The notes: generated by a model from the sequence alone, not told the origin. Counted from the stretch's first letter, positions 39,823 through 49,966 are shown. The stretch: 64,000 nucleotides of DNA from an uncultured Puniceicoccaceae bacterium (GCA_963933835.1 CAWVVV010000001.1:480001-544000), one strand, 5' to 3'. Made by a program: numbers and translations.

Positions 39823-40752
39823 TTACCAGAGTTTATCTGGGTAATAACCCGCCGCGGTAAGCTCCGCGAGGCGCTGCTCCACCGCCTTGCGATCGTCCGA
39901 GTAGGTCACGCCTAGCCACTGCTCAGGAGACGACATGACTTCGACCGTGGCATCTCGCGAAGCGATCATCGTAGCGACTGACGCAGGCAGGTAAAACTCC
40001 GCCTTAGGCTCGTTTGAGCGCGCCTCAAAAAAGGCCCTAAATTGCGCCTCTAGCCCATCCAGTATCTCAGCCTGAAGCGCGAAAAAGTTCATTGAAACAG
40101 GCGTCTCGGCGTCCAGAAGCGTCACATCTCCATCGGGCAAATGTGCTTCTGGGCAAGTCGCCCCCGCGACAATCGAGGTCTGCTCCGTGATGCTGATCAA
40201 CTTGCTTTGCTCATCCGATTCGCAAATCCCCCTTGAAACACTGCCGTGCGGCGAAAGTGTTTTCCCAAGCGGGTATGCCACCATGCCGAGCTCAAGGGCT
40301 GAACCTGCAGACTTCGAAGGCTGACGCAGGAAGGTCGCTGCCTGCCGATAAGCCTCGCGCCCGTAATAGTCGTCGGCATTGACCGCAACGAACGGCCCGT
40401 CGAGGGCGTCCTTAGCTACGAGCACGGCGTGACCCGTCCCCCAAGGCTTGGTCCTTCCTTCGATCGGCGCGCAGCCAGCGGGTAGGTTGTCCAACTCTTG
40501 AAAGACAAGTTCCACCTCGAGATCATCTGGCAGCCGGCTGAGAACGGCTTTCTCGAAATCCGCCTGAAACGACTTTCGAATAACAAAAACGACTTTCGTG
40601 AACCCAACAACGCGGGCATCATAAACAGCGTAGTCGAGTAACGTTTCCCCGTTCGGACCTAGCCCCGCAAGCTGCTTTAATCCGCCAAAGCGACTCCCCA
40701 TCCCAGCGGCGAGGACAAGAAGGGTGAGGCGTGGTTGTTCGGCTAAATCCAT
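39823..40752 (-). CDS. Sugar-phosphate nucleotidyltransferase (NTP_transferase)
   Basis: LAAGMGSRFGGLKQ, KPWGTGHAV, NADDYYG and EFYLP motifs. Confidence 0.9.
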   Translation of the reverse strand: MDLAEQPRLTLLVLAAGMGSRFGGLKQLAGLGPNGETLLDYAVYDARVVGFTKVVFVIRKSFQADFEKAVLSRLPDDLEVELVFQELDNLPAGCAPIEGRTKPWGTGHAVLVAKDALDGPFVAVNADDYYGREAYRQAATFLRQPSKSAGSALELGMVAYPLGKTLSPHGSVSRGICESDEQSKLISITEQTSIVAGATCPEAHLPDGDVTLLDAETPVSMNFFALQAEILDGLEAQFRAFFEARSNEPKAEFYLPASVATMIASRDATVEVMSSPEQWLGVTYSDDRKAVEQRLAELTAAGYYPDKLW

Positions 40753-43233
40753 CTACCCTTCTTCGCGGTAGGCAATGAGGTCAGTCAAGCGGCTAAACTG
40801 TTTGATCCAGCTCACGGCTCCTTCCATCGAACCAAGAACCGCCTCGAACTCGTCGCGTTTTTGATTCTTCAAAGCATCGATCCGCTCCTCGACCGTCCCT
40901 CGTGTGACGAGCCGATACACCATTACACGTCGGCGCTGGCCAATACGGTGAACACGGTCAATCGCTTGGGCCTCGACCGCCGGATTCCACCACGGATCGA
41001 GCAGAAAAACGTAATCTGCAGAGTGCAGTGTGATCCCGGTGCCACCGGCTTTGAGACTCACTAAAATAACCGCCGCCTTTTTGTCCTCTTGAAATTTCTT
41101 CACCGGAGACGCCCTATCCGTCGTGCTACCCGTCAAACGATAGATCTCGAGGTCATCGCCAAAGCGATCTTTCAACATCGTCTCAGCGCGGTCGAGCAAG
41201 CGCACAAACTGACTAAATACGACCGCCTTTCGGCCGGATTGCACCACTGCGTCTAGGCGCTCGCCAAGTATCATCAGCTTGCCGCTGTGCTCCACCTCAT
41301 CATCTCGCCAAGGGAGCAACGCTGGATCGCAACACGTCTGCCTCAAGCGGGTGAGCAAGCTAAGGAGCGGCATTGGTCGCGCCTTAAGCGCTGCATCAGG
41401 GGATTCATCCAGCTCTCCGATGCCCTCTTCAACGAGGCGGCGATACTCGGCAACCTGCACCTCCGTCATCGGGCATGGTAGTTGTATCTCAACTTTCGGC
41501 GGCAACTCCTTTCCAACCTCAGACTTTGTCCGACGTAAGACAAAGGGCTTTACCTGGGTGCGGAGAAACATCTGCGCGGCCGCAACATCGGTCTTAACCT
41601 TTGACTCAAAGCTCGCCTTCGAACCCAGCAGGCCCGGCATAAGAAATCGAAAGAGCGTCCATAGATCCAGCGACCGGTTCTCGATTGGCGTGCCCGTTAC
41701 CGCGAGCCGGCGCTCTGCACGCACCGCACAGCAAGCCTGAGTGACCTTTGCCTCGGGATTTTTGATCACCTGAGCCTCATCCAAAATACAGTAGATGAAA
41801 GATTGCTCATGCAGGCGGTCACGATGCCGTCGCAATTGAGTGTAACTCGTCAGCCAGAGAACCGGCTCATCGGGCTCATCAAAAGCATTCCCTTTATGAA
41901 GCCGGCGCATCTTCAGGTGCGGGAAAAAGCGCTCCGCCTCAGCCTCCCAGACGGGCAAGACACTGGCGGGACAAACGATCAATGACGGCCCCGAGGCAGC
42001 CTTCGGATCTGTCGCAAGGAGCGACAACACTTGGAGCGTTTTTCCGAGGCCCATTTCATCAGCAAGCAAGGGGTGACAATCCGCCTCCAGAAGGTGGCGC
42101 ATCCAGCGAACCCCTTTACGTTGGTAGTCGCGTAGAATCTTCGGCAAGCCGCGGGCGCCGCCCGAAGCACCCTTGGTCACCGACGACTTCCATTCCTCAA
42201 GCTCATCCGAGAGCATGAGTGGAACCTTACCTTCGCTCGAAAGGGAAAAGAGCATATAGAAAGGCAGCTCTCCCTGAAACCGATCCTCAAGCACCGGTTT
42301 CCAGTCCTCAATCCAGCGGGCCTGCTCATGCTCAAGGCCAACAAGCCCCATCTTCGGATGAAAAACGACTTCACCGGGGCGCCGTAGCAGGCCATCGATC
42401 CAATCCCCGCTGAGCACCGAACCTCCAAGGCGAAATTCAAACTCCGTCCGCATCGACCCCTCATCGCGATCAACTCGAAGCGTCACTGACGCACGACGAA
42501 TTCCGCGCCGGAGAGCAGCAACGGAGTCATCACATTCGATTTTAAAGTGTTTGTGCCATTTCGGAAGTTCGTCCCGAACAAAACTCGAAGCGCGCTGAGG
42601 ATCTCGCAGGAGGTAATCACCACTGAACGTCCGGAGCTGGAATCCGGAGGCCCGGGCCAACGCCGCCAAAGCGATGAGCGCTTCCCGCCCTTCTTCACGT
42701 GTGCGCTGAGCACGCACCGCATTGACGCGCTTTGACGGGGTATCGAGCCAGTATGCGCCGAGACGTAATCCCCGCTGACTCGAGGACAAAGACAGTGTCA
42801 GTTCAGGGCCTTGCCTCTCTCGCGGAGCGGGGTTCTGCTCCTCAGGCTTCTCCAGCGGCGGCCGAGGGCGCTCAGTCTCTTTATTATCAGCTGCAATCGG
42901 TGCTACCTCATCGATAACAAATTCTTCGATCTCATAGAGACCAGCCACTGCCAACGCCCGCCCTTTGAGCCGATCACTGACAGAGTGGCGGACCGAGAGC
43001 TTCCCTTCGGCAGGGAAATCGAGCACAGCGTAGATGTCATCCGAAGCGCGCCCACCAAAGATAATGGCATGATCCTCTGCCAATTCCATCGACCTCACCT
43101 CACCTGCACGGTAGAGTCCACGACCCTGATTTAGTTCTTCAGACGAAAAAGTAACTTCCCAAGCCTCTGTGAGGCGTTGGAACCAATGCTCTAAGGCCTT
43201 GGGCGAATACTTGCGCTGGGGCACTCTATCCAT
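40753..43233 (-). CDS. SNF2-family helicase/ATPase
   Basis: LADEMGLGKT, LDEAQ, TGTPIEN, SLKAGGTG and DPWWNPAVEAQAIDRVHRIGQ motifs. Confidence 0.95.
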   Translation of the reverse strand: MDRVPQRKYSPKALEHWFQRLTEAWEVTFSSEELNQGRGLYRAGEVRSMELAEDHAIIFGGRASDDIYAVLDFPAEGKLSVRHSVSDRLKGRALAVAGLYEIEEFVIDEVAPIAADNKETERPRPPLEKPEEQNPAPRERQGPELTLSLSSSQRGLRLGAYWLDTPSKRVNAVRAQRTREEGREALIALAALARASGFQLRTFSGDYLLRDPQRASSFVRDELPKWHKHFKIECDDSVAALRRGIRRASVTLRVDRDEGSMRTEFEFRLGGSVLSGDWIDGLLRRPGEVVFHPKMGLVGLEHEQARWIEDWKPVLEDRFQGELPFYMLFSLSSEGKVPLMLSDELEEWKSSVTKGASGGARGLPKILRDYQRKGVRWMRHLLEADCHPLLADEMGLGKTLQVLSLLATDPKAASGPSLIVCPASVLPVWEAEAERFFPHLKMRRLHKGNAFDEPDEPVLWLTSYTQLRRHRDRLHEQSFIYCILDEAQVIKNPEAKVTQACCAVRAERRLAVTGTPIENRSLDLWTLFRFLMPGLLGSKASFESKVKTDVAAAQMFLRTQVKPFVLRRTKSEVGKELPPKVEIQLPCPMTEVQVAEYRRLVEEGIGELDESPDAALKARPMPLLSLLTRLRQTCCDPALLPWRDDEVEHSGKLMILGERLDAVVQSGRKAVVFSQFVRLLDRAETMLKDRFGDDLEIYRLTGSTTDRASPVKKFQEDKKAAVILVSLKAGGTGITLHSADYVFLLDPWWNPAVEAQAIDRVHRIGQRRRVMVYRLVTRGTVEERIDALKNQKRDEFEAVLGSMEGAVSWIKQFSRLTDLIAYREEG

Positions 43234-43332
43234 CAGACAAAACCAAACATTAGATTCCCAAGGGATGGTCCGAGCAAGACCGAACCAGCAAATTTACTGC
43301 GAAATATACTGCAGGCTCACTCGCAACTTATC

Positions 43333-43782
43333 ATGTCCAACAACGTCATCATTGCCGAAAAAGTCGTCGAATTCGCTGAAACCGATGCGGCCGGCCTCGT
43401 GCACTTCTCTAACTACTTCCGCTACGTCGAAATCGCCGAACGCACCTTGTTTGAATCCCTCGGCGAGCATCTCCTCGACGATGCTGGACCGACCCTGGCA
43501 GGCTTTCCTCGCCTGCGCGCAAATTGCGATTTCAGCGCCCCACTTGCTTTCGGAGACCGTGCCCGCATCGAGCTTAAGATCAGCGAAGTCACGGAAAAGA
43601 GCATTCACTACAGCTTTCGTATTCTCAAAAGAACCGGCGAAGATGAGTGGTCCCGCGCGGCCAAAGGCGAAATGATTACAGTCTACGCCTGCAAAGAAAA
43701 ACCCGGCGGAGCGATCAATCCTCAGCCCATCCCCGCATCGCTTCGATCAAAGCTTGCTGCGTTCCTAGCAAAAAACAGCTAA
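43333..43782 (+). CDS. Acyl-CoA thioesterase (hotdog fold, 4HBT-like)
   Basis: FAETDAAGLVHFSNYFRYVE motif. Confidence 0.9.
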   Translation: MSNNVIIAEKVVEFAETDAAGLVHFSNYFRYVEIAERTLFESLGEHLLDDAGPTLAGFPRLRANCDFSAPLAFGDRARIELKISEVTEKSIHYSFRILKRTGEDEWSRAAKGEMITVYACKEKPGGAINPQPIPASLRSKLAAFLAKNS

Positions 43783-43845
43783 GAATCGCCTTACTGACAT
43801 TTAGATTTGCCAGTGAAATCCCCAGAAACACTCTCTGGACCCGAG

Positions 43846-44505
43846 ATGGAGACAGATGATTCACAGCCCTACAGCCCGGAAGAGCTAGCAGACCCAACTA
43901 TTGAGGTTAAGATTTCCAGAGATGCGGTGAATCAGCTACCGATCCATCGTTACGATGGGCCGATTGAAATTATCAGCGACGAGCAAAGCCTCAACAGGGC
44001 CCTCGAAGAGCTGAAAAACGAGCCCTCGCTTGGCTTCGACACTGAGTCTCGTCCGGTCTTCCGCCGGGGAGAAAACTCAATGCCCTCACTACTACAACTA
44101 GCAGGCAAAGACAAAGTTTGGCTCTTCCAGCTGCAACTTTTACCTGATTTAGCCCCCCTTTTCTCCGTTCTAGCGGATCCTAAGCGGATCAAAATGGGCA
44201 TCGCGATCCGAGACGACATTCGGAAACTCAATGAGCTCCATAGCTTCAACGACGGCGGGTTCTTAGAACTAGCGAACGTAACCCAAAAAGCTGGCATCGT
44301 AAACACCGGCCTACGCAAGCTGGTAGCCCTCTTTCTTGGATTCCGCATCTCAAAAGGGGCTCAAGTCTCGAACTGGGCGCGCACTCGACTCACACCCGCC
44401 CAGATCAATTACGCCGCGACCGATGCCTGGGTGAGTCGCGAGCTCTACGTAAAATTCGAAGCCCTCGGCCTCATCTCCGACGCATCTACGGCACAGGCCA
44501 TTTAA
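43846..44505 (+). CDS. 3'-5' exonuclease (DEDDy, WRN-like)
   Basis: LGFDTES, LLQLA, SNW and YAATDAW motifs; start could be 43807-43846. Confidence 0.9.
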   Translation: METDDSQPYSPEELADPTIEVKISRDAVNQLPIHRYDGPIEIISDEQSLNRALEELKNEPSLGFDTESRPVFRRGENSMPSLLQLAGKDKVWLFQLQLLPDLAPLFSVLADPKRIKMGIAIRDDIRKLNELHSFNDGGFLELANVTQKAGIVNTGLRKLVALFLGFRISKGAQVSNWARTRLTPAQINYAATDAWVSRELYVKFEALGLISDASTAQAI

Positions 44506-45190
44506 AACGCTCGAGCACCTGAGCCATGTCGCTCTCGAGTGGCGCCTCAAATCTCCGAAATCCATACCCCCTAGGATCCTCAAACTCGACCTTTGAGGCA
44601 TGAAGCATAAGGCGGTCGATCCCAGCGTTGTCTTTCGCATATCGATTGAAACGCGTATCGCCGTGGGTGGAATCTCCAACAACCGGATGGGTCACACCAT
44701 TTACGTGACGCCGGATCTGATGCCAACGCCCTGATTCTAGCTGAACCTCCAATAAGGCAAAGCGCCCCGTTGGGAATTTGCCGATCGGCTTCTCGATCGC
44801 GGCCGTAGCCAGCCGTCGGAAGGTCGTTTTCGCGCTTTGCACTCGCCCAGACTCCGGGCACTTGAGTGAACGATCAATCGCGCCCTCTTCATTTGGCCAA
44901 CCCCGAACTACCGCCAAATAGGTCTTTTTCAGCTGGTTCGACTCAAAGATTGTGCGATACCGACTCGCCATAGGGGAATTCCTTGCGAAGAGCAGGATTC
45001 CCGACGTGGGGCGATCAAGCCTATGTAAGGGATACACATGCTGGCCAAACAGAGCCCTAAGGCCCAACATAACCGTATAGGATTCAGGGGACCACCCCCC
45101 AGGATGGGTCAAGATACCCGGAGGCTTAGCCACTACAATTAGGCCATCATCGAGGTAAATGAGCCTTGCCGCCCAATCTCGATCCCGCAT
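44486..45190 (-). CDS. Pseudouridine synthase (RluA/TruC family)
   Basis: KPPG, HRLDRPTSG, GRWHQIRRH, HPVVGD and LMLHA motifs. Confidence 0.93.
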   Translation of the reverse strand: MRDRDWAARLIYLDDGLIVVAKPPGILTHPGGWSPESYTVMLGLRALFGQHVYPLHRLDRPTSGILLFARNSPMASRYRTIFESNQLKKTYLAVVRGWPNEEGAIDRSLKCPESGRVQSAKTTFRRLATAAIEKPIGKFPTGRFALLEVQLESGRWHQIRRHVNGVTHPVVGDSTHGDTRFNRYAKDNAGIDRLMLHASKVEFEDPRGYGFRRFEAPLESDMAQVLERFKWPVP

Positions 45191-45341
45191 ATATTCTCGT
45201 TTCTTCACTTAATACGTATTTGTTTGTGCACAGATATGTAAAAACAATAATTTCCAATAAATCTCTTGATTATCTAAGCTGGGAATCTACTCTGCTGGTG
45301 TTTTCACCTTCCGAACACAGATAATTTTACTGTCAAATATT

Positions 45342-45791
45342 ATGAAAAAGCTCCTCACTGCCTTTTTGGCTATCGCTATTACTAGCCTTTCCTTCGGCGC
45401 AATCGTTGCAGAAACGCCTGTTACTTATACTATCGACGGGGGTACCCCGATCCACGCTAACCCCGGTGACGTAATCCCCGAGTCAGGCTCCATCGCAATC
45501 GTCAATGGCGCTGCTCGCATTACAGGTTCTAGCACAGTTGGCTTTGGTAACGGCACTGCTGCTGCAAATGGTGGCGAAGCCATTGTTGAGCGCCGCGGCC
45601 GTCGTTCACTCGTCAGCAGCATTGGTGCTGCTGGAGTTGAATACACCACATCTGCTGGCACAAAGACACTCGGCACCAACGAGCAGGCTGTGATCCTCAA
45701 CCGTGGTCCTTCAACTCTCGTAGTTGTTCTCCCATCTTTCAACACTGCGCTCCCTGGTTTCACACCAGTCGTAATCGGCACAAGCACCTAA
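45342..45791 (+). CDS. Secreted Gly/Thr-rich beta protein, hypothetical (possibly FecR-like fold)
   Basis: Signal peptide MKKLLTAFLAIAITSLSFG; AT-rich upstream region; own terminator. Confidence 0.8.
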   Translation: MKKLLTAFLAIAITSLSFGAIVAETPVTYTIDGGTPIHANPGDVIPESGSIAIVNGAARITGSSTVGFGNGTAAANGGEAIVERRGRRSLVSSIGAAGVEYTTSAGTKTLGTNEQAVILNRGPSTLVVVLPSFNTALPGFTPVVIGTST

Positions 45792-45819
45792 TATCTTAGG
45801 TCGTTAATCCTTTTGAAAT

Positions 45820-45846
45820 CCCGGCCTGAAAAGGTCGGGCTTTTTT
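45820..45846 (+). terminator. Rho-independent terminator
   Basis: CCCGGCCT-gaaa-AGGTCGGG-cTTTTTT. Confidence 0.85.
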
Positions 45847-46104
45847 GTGCCCAAATATATCCAAGCCTTCAAAGAGAGGGATTGCAGAGAGATACTATTC
45901 AGCCGCTTTACTGTCCACGGGGCCACCTTCCCGTCACTGGTGCTCAAAAAGCCTCCAGCACTTGTGTTATCTCGTAACAGTGGCTGCAGATGAACAGCCG
46001 ACGACTTATCAGGAACGAGGCCAAACCGCCCTAGAACAGGTGCCCTGCCTTCAGCTTTCAAGGCCCCTAGCCTACCTTCTTATGTCTCAAATCGTACAAT
46101 GAAA

Positions 46105-46131
46105 TGGCTCTCCCGTTTATAGAGAGAGCCA
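46105..46131 (-). terminator. Probable terminator of the TonB-dependent receptor
   Basis: TGGCTCTC...GAGAGCCA inverted repeat about 30 bp past the stop codon. Confidence 0.55.
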
Positions 46132-46162
46132 CTGAGATATACCTACTTCCGATGGCCTTCTA

Positions 46163-48037
46163 TCACCAACGATAGCCGGCGCGGAGCGAAGCGTGTCTAC
46201 CGACAGCAGGCGTTCCAGGAAACTCCTCAAAGTCGTCATCAAAGAGGTTATCAATCAGGAGTGTAAACTCTAGCCCATCCGACCATGGAGCCAGCCACCG
46301 CAACGCGACGCTCGCGTTAACGGCCTCATTACCCGACATGCGCAGCACGTTGTCTTCCGCCAAGCGGTATTCTAACTCACCACGAGCCTCGAGTGACTCA
46401 GTGATCTGCCAACTCGCCCCTCCTGTCAGCCTGTGCACAGGAAAGTTGAGCACATAGTAGGACGCGGTCGGAGCCATCGTACCATAGTCTGCCTTCTTCT
46501 GCAGCCACGCATAGCTAATCCGGACATCAAACTTTTTGCCTTCATAGCTTAGCTCCGCTTCGACACCTTTCGTATCCACATCAACCGCTTGCGCACTGCG
46601 GGCGTTGGGAGACCCCAAGGCAAACACCCAATCAACAAGATCGTTATCATCACGATCGAAGGCACTGAGGCCGAAACGCCAGTTTTGTTGGGAGTAGGCA
46701 AAACCCGCCTCCCACACAGAACTCTCTTCCGTCGTTAGATTTGGATTTCCACCAAATAGGCCAGGGCTCGACCGCAATGCCGTGTAGCCCGGAACTTGGG
46801 CAGACCCTGAGCGCTCAACAAACGCCGCCAATTCACCAGCTCCCAGTGCTCTGACATGCTCAACCCGCAAAAGTGGACTTAGCTTCCCAGAGTCTTCCGT
46901 GGTATCAAACCCATGCACCCCTAGATCAACAATCAAGCGGTGGCCCTCTTCGCTAAGCCAATTTCTGCGCAGAATCGCTGCTCCTTTCACATATTCTCTC
47001 TTCCGGAAGTCGTTCCCAGTCAGCGTATCGCCATTCGTCAGCGAAGAGCTACGAACCAGGTTGTCATCGATATAGGAAAAGTTGTGTAGGAGCGCCCAGC
47101 TATCCGATACGATATGAGCACCATCCCAAGATACACCCATTGCTCTAGTAAGGTGCTCAAAGGCAAGATCAGGCAGTGCGATGCGATCAAAGGTATAGTC
47201 ATCATCCATTTCTCGGTGCGAAAGCCCTAACTGAAAGTGGCTACCAGCGCCATACATCCATCGGAAGTTCGCCGTAAACAGCCTGTTTTGGTAGTCCTCC
47301 GTCTCAGGTCGAAATCCAAAAGCTCCCCCCGTGTACATATTCGGCCAACCGTAAAACTTGTCGAGGTAGCCCGCCGCTAAGTCTGCTTGAAACCCCGTTC
47401 GCTGATACTGCAAACGGGCCGCCAAGCGGTGCATATTGAAGTCTCCAAACTCAACCGTTCCATCGCCTTGGCCGTGTCCAGCGGCGAGATCAACCGCCCA
47501 GCCGCTATCTCCAAACGCTTCACCAAGATAGACTTGGCCGAAAAAGAGTTCATCGGTTCCAATCCCCACCTCAAGCGAACCTCGGTCAGCAATGGGTGCC
47601 CATCCGTAGGTAACGGTAGCAACATTTGAGTTAAATCCCAGTAACGCATTCTCTACCCCAGTCGCGAGCATCGGGGCGGTGAGCATCTCAGCCGAGAAGG
47701 GGATTTCAGTCGAATAGTGGCCCGTTTGAGGATCATAAAGGGGCACCGCCCCAAGCCGCATTCCCGTCTGTTCAAATGTGGAGCCGCGCACTGTCAGATC
47801 ACTCTGCAGTTCAGCATAACCTCTCGCTTGCAGGTCCACTCCAGGAGCGTAGCGAAGCAAGGTAGCGGGTGTGGAGAGACCTATCGCGGGTTGATCACTA
47901 AAGCTCAACGGCGCAAACACCTCGAACGCAGAAAGATCGTAGACACGCTCTTCGGCCGAGACATCCAAGGCGCTCGCCATCGTCAAACCAACGCCAGCAA
48001 ATATCGAAAGCAGATTTCTATAAGTAAAGGGCTTCAT
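46163..48037 (-). CDS. TonB-dependent receptor (BtuB-like size)
   Basis: Signal peptide, plug (PGVDLQARG...TVRGS), barrel ending IDNLFDDDFE...GRHASLRAGYRW. Confidence 0.9.
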   Translation of the reverse strand: MKPFTYRNLLSIFAGVGLTMASALDVSAEERVYDLSAFEVFAPLSFSDQPAIGLSTPATLLRYAPGVDLQARGYAELQSDLTVRGSTFEQTGMRLGAVPLYDPQTGHYSTEIPFSAEMLTAPMLATGVENALLGFNSNVATVTYGWAPIADRGSLEVGIGTDELFFGQVYLGEAFGDSGWAVDLAAGHGQGDGTVEFGDFNMHRLAARLQYQRTGFQADLAAGYLDKFYGWPNMYTGGAFGFRPETEDYQNRLFTANFRWMYGAGSHFQLGLSHREMDDDYTFDRIALPDLAFEHLTRAMGVSWDGAHIVSDSWALLHNFSYIDDNLVRSSSLTNGDTLTGNDFRKREYVKGAAILRRNWLSEEGHRLIVDLGVHGFDTTEDSGKLSPLLRVEHVRALGAGELAAFVERSGSAQVPGYTALRSSPGLFGGNPNLTTEESSVWEAGFAYSQQNWRFGLSAFDRDDNDLVDWVFALGSPNARSAQAVDVDTKGVEAELSYEGKKFDVRISYAWLQKKADYGTMAPTASYYVLNFPVHRLTGGASWQITESLEARGELEYRLAEDNVLRMSGNEAVNASVALRWLAPWSDGLEFTLLIDNLFDDDFEEFPGTPAVGRHASLRAGYRW

Positions 48038-48157
48038 TTTCACCACCACCAGATGACGTCTCGACGACACCAAATCAAGGCTTTGTTAAGCAGAAATCTA
48101 ATCTGGTTAACAGAAATACAGATTGAAGCTCATCTAATAGAAGATAGGTATCAAGCA

Positions 48158-48253
48158 ATGCCCTTCCAAATCACAGGCCGTGAAAAGCAAACCCTGACAC
48201 TCATCTGCCTGCTGCTCGGGATTGCTTTAGCGCTCTATTTAATCCTCGGATAA
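48158..48253 (+). CDS. Putative 31-aa single-pass membrane peptide
   Basis: MPFQITGREKQTLTLICLLLGIALALYLILG, ATG to TAA in the intergenic gap. Confidence 0.5.
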   Translation: MPFQITGREKQTLTLICLLLGIALALYLILG

Positions 48254-48306
48254 ATACCTTGCGAGCCCGCTCGGTAGAGCCATGTTCACTAGGCTTTCCT
48301 GTTGAA

Positions 48307-49392
48307 ATGCCTGCCCAATCTGCCGTGAAAACTCCGACAACAGTCTCTGACGACAAAGTAACTGCCTACCAGGTCCTCCCCGAGCCCGAAGCGCTTTGTC
48401 AGGATCTTTGCCCCGATGACGCCCTCCTTAAATCAGTCGCCAAAGGCCGTGAGCGCATTCGCCGCATCATATTCGGCGAAGATAAGCGATTTCTGGTCAT
48501 CGTCGGGCCGTGTTCAATACATGACGCGGACGCAGGGCTAGAATACGCTCGGCTCCTCCAAAAACTAAAACCAGAGCTCGAGGACCGGATGGAGATAGTC
48601 ATGCGGGTCTACTTTGAGAAACCGCGCACCACAGTGGGCTGGAAAGGACTGATCATGGACCCAGCCTTAGATGCCTCCTACAATATCCCAGAAGGATTGA
48701 GGCAGGCTCGAAGCTTCCTGATTAACATTTTAGAGCTCGGACTGCCCACCGCTACTGAGTTACTCGACCCGATTACGCCTCAATACATTGCAGACCTTAT
48801 TAGTTGGTCAGCGATCGGAGCCCGCACGACAGAGTCCCAGACACACCGCCAAATGGCGAGTGGTCTCTCGATGCCGGTAGGATTCAAAAACGCCACATCA
48901 GGCGCTCTTGATGTCGCGGTAAATGCGGTCAAAGCCGCTGGCAAACAACAGACATTCCTCGGCATTAGCCATAAGGGTATTGCGAGTGCCGTCAGCACAA
49001 AGGGTAACCCTGACTGCCACCTCATTCTTCGAGGAGGCACATCAGGGACAAACTACGATCGCGAATCAGTCTTCAAGGCACATGCCACGCTAGAAAAAGG
49101 CGGAGTTTGCCCAAATGTGATTGTCGATTGCAGCCACGATAACAGTGGCAAAGACCCAACAAAATCGATCGATGTTTTTGAGCAGGTGACGCAGCAAATG
49201 GTCGATCCTTCTAGCCCTATAATCGGCGCTATGCTGGAAAGTAACCTCGTCGCCGGAAGCCAACCCTTTCCGCAGCCCCTCGATCAACTTGTCCGCGGAC
49301 AATCAATCACTGATCCTTGCTTGGACTGGGAGCGCACCGAGTCCCTTTTGCGCCGCTGCTACGAGACCCTAGCACCTCGCTTCGAGTCGTAG
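48307..49392 (+). CDS. 3-deoxy-7-phosphoheptulonate (DAHP) synthase, class I-alpha
   Basis: VGPCSIHD, RVYFEKPRTTVGWKGLI, IGARTTESQTHR, DCSH and SITDPC motifs. Confidence 0.96.
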   Translation: MPAQSAVKTPTTVSDDKVTAYQVLPEPEALCQDLCPDDALLKSVAKGRERIRRIIFGEDKRFLVIVGPCSIHDADAGLEYARLLQKLKPELEDRMEIVMRVYFEKPRTTVGWKGLIMDPALDASYNIPEGLRQARSFLINILELGLPTATELLDPITPQYIADLISWSAIGARTTESQTHRQMASGLSMPVGFKNATSGALDVAVNAVKAAGKQQTFLGISHKGIASAVSTKGNPDCHLILRGGTSGTNYDRESVFKAHATLEKGGVCPNVIVDCSHDNSGKDPTKSIDVFEQVTQQMVDPSSPIIGAMLESNLVAGSQPFPQPLDQLVRGQSITDPCLDWERTESLLRRCYETLAPRFES

Positions 49393-49409
49393 GCTGGGCC
49401 CGAAATACT

Positions 49410-49798
49410 CTATACCGCCGCTTGAATTCGGCGAATCTCTGCCTCAAAGCCAGAAACCGTCTCCAAAAACAGGGCGTCAATATCTACCGCCAGACGCTTC
49501 ATCGTCTCGCTCTCCTGTGAGTCTGCGGCAGGCTCAATCGCCTTCGAAAGTGTCGCGAGACGGTGTCCGCCGAGGTTAGCACTACTTCCAGCAAGAGCGT
49601 GTGCCAGACGGGAAACCGCGTCAAATCAGACTCCGCAAGGGAGGCCTTGAGTGTTTCCAATTGAGGAATCGCTTCACCCTTAAAAAGGTCTAATAGCTCC
49701 AGAATGAGTTCCGCTGCCGCATCTTCACCAGCTTCAACGAGCATCGCAATCTGGTCATCATCAATAAGGGGCAAACTGTTGATCTCGTGAATATCCAT
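49410..49798 (-). pseudogene. Hpt (histidine phosphotransfer) domain protein, frameshifted near 49624
   Basis: One extra T in GAT TT(T) GAC restores DFDAVSRLAHALAGSSANLGG...IQAAV* (129 aa) with the HxLxGxS motif. Confidence 0.85.
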
Positions 49799-49916
49799 AC
49801 GTTCTCTGGTATAAATCGACTTCGTTTCTGTCCACTTGAATCAAGTCAGGCAAAGAAATTCATGCGTGAATGCATCAAGCATTTATATTCAAATTAGGCC
49901 GCGTGCCGTCGGACGA

Positions 49917-49944
49917 TTGACAGCCTCTCAGCCCAACCTAGCTT
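49917..49944 (+). promoter_or_regulatory. Putative sigma-70 promoter of aspC
   Basis: TTGACA-16 nt-TAGCTT, 22 bp before the ATG. Confidence 0.45.
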
Positions 49945-49966
49945 GCGGGTTACATTCACGAAAATT

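Noticed and set aside
40753..44505. SNF2 helicase plus 3'-5' exonuclease as an anti-phage defence system
   Set aside because: The genes are divergent, have host-like composition and sit among housekeeping genes, with no methylase, PLD or other defence partner.
45845..46102. Two 85-aa ORFs (one per strand) between the terminators
   Set aside because: They overlap or abut terminator hairpins and show no motif or ribosome-binding site. The ~250 bp remains unexplained.
48038..48157. Cobalamin riboswitch upstream of the BtuB-like receptor
   Set aside because: The leader is short and AT-rich, with no B12-box motifs (GGGAA...GCCACTG...AGYCAGRANAC).
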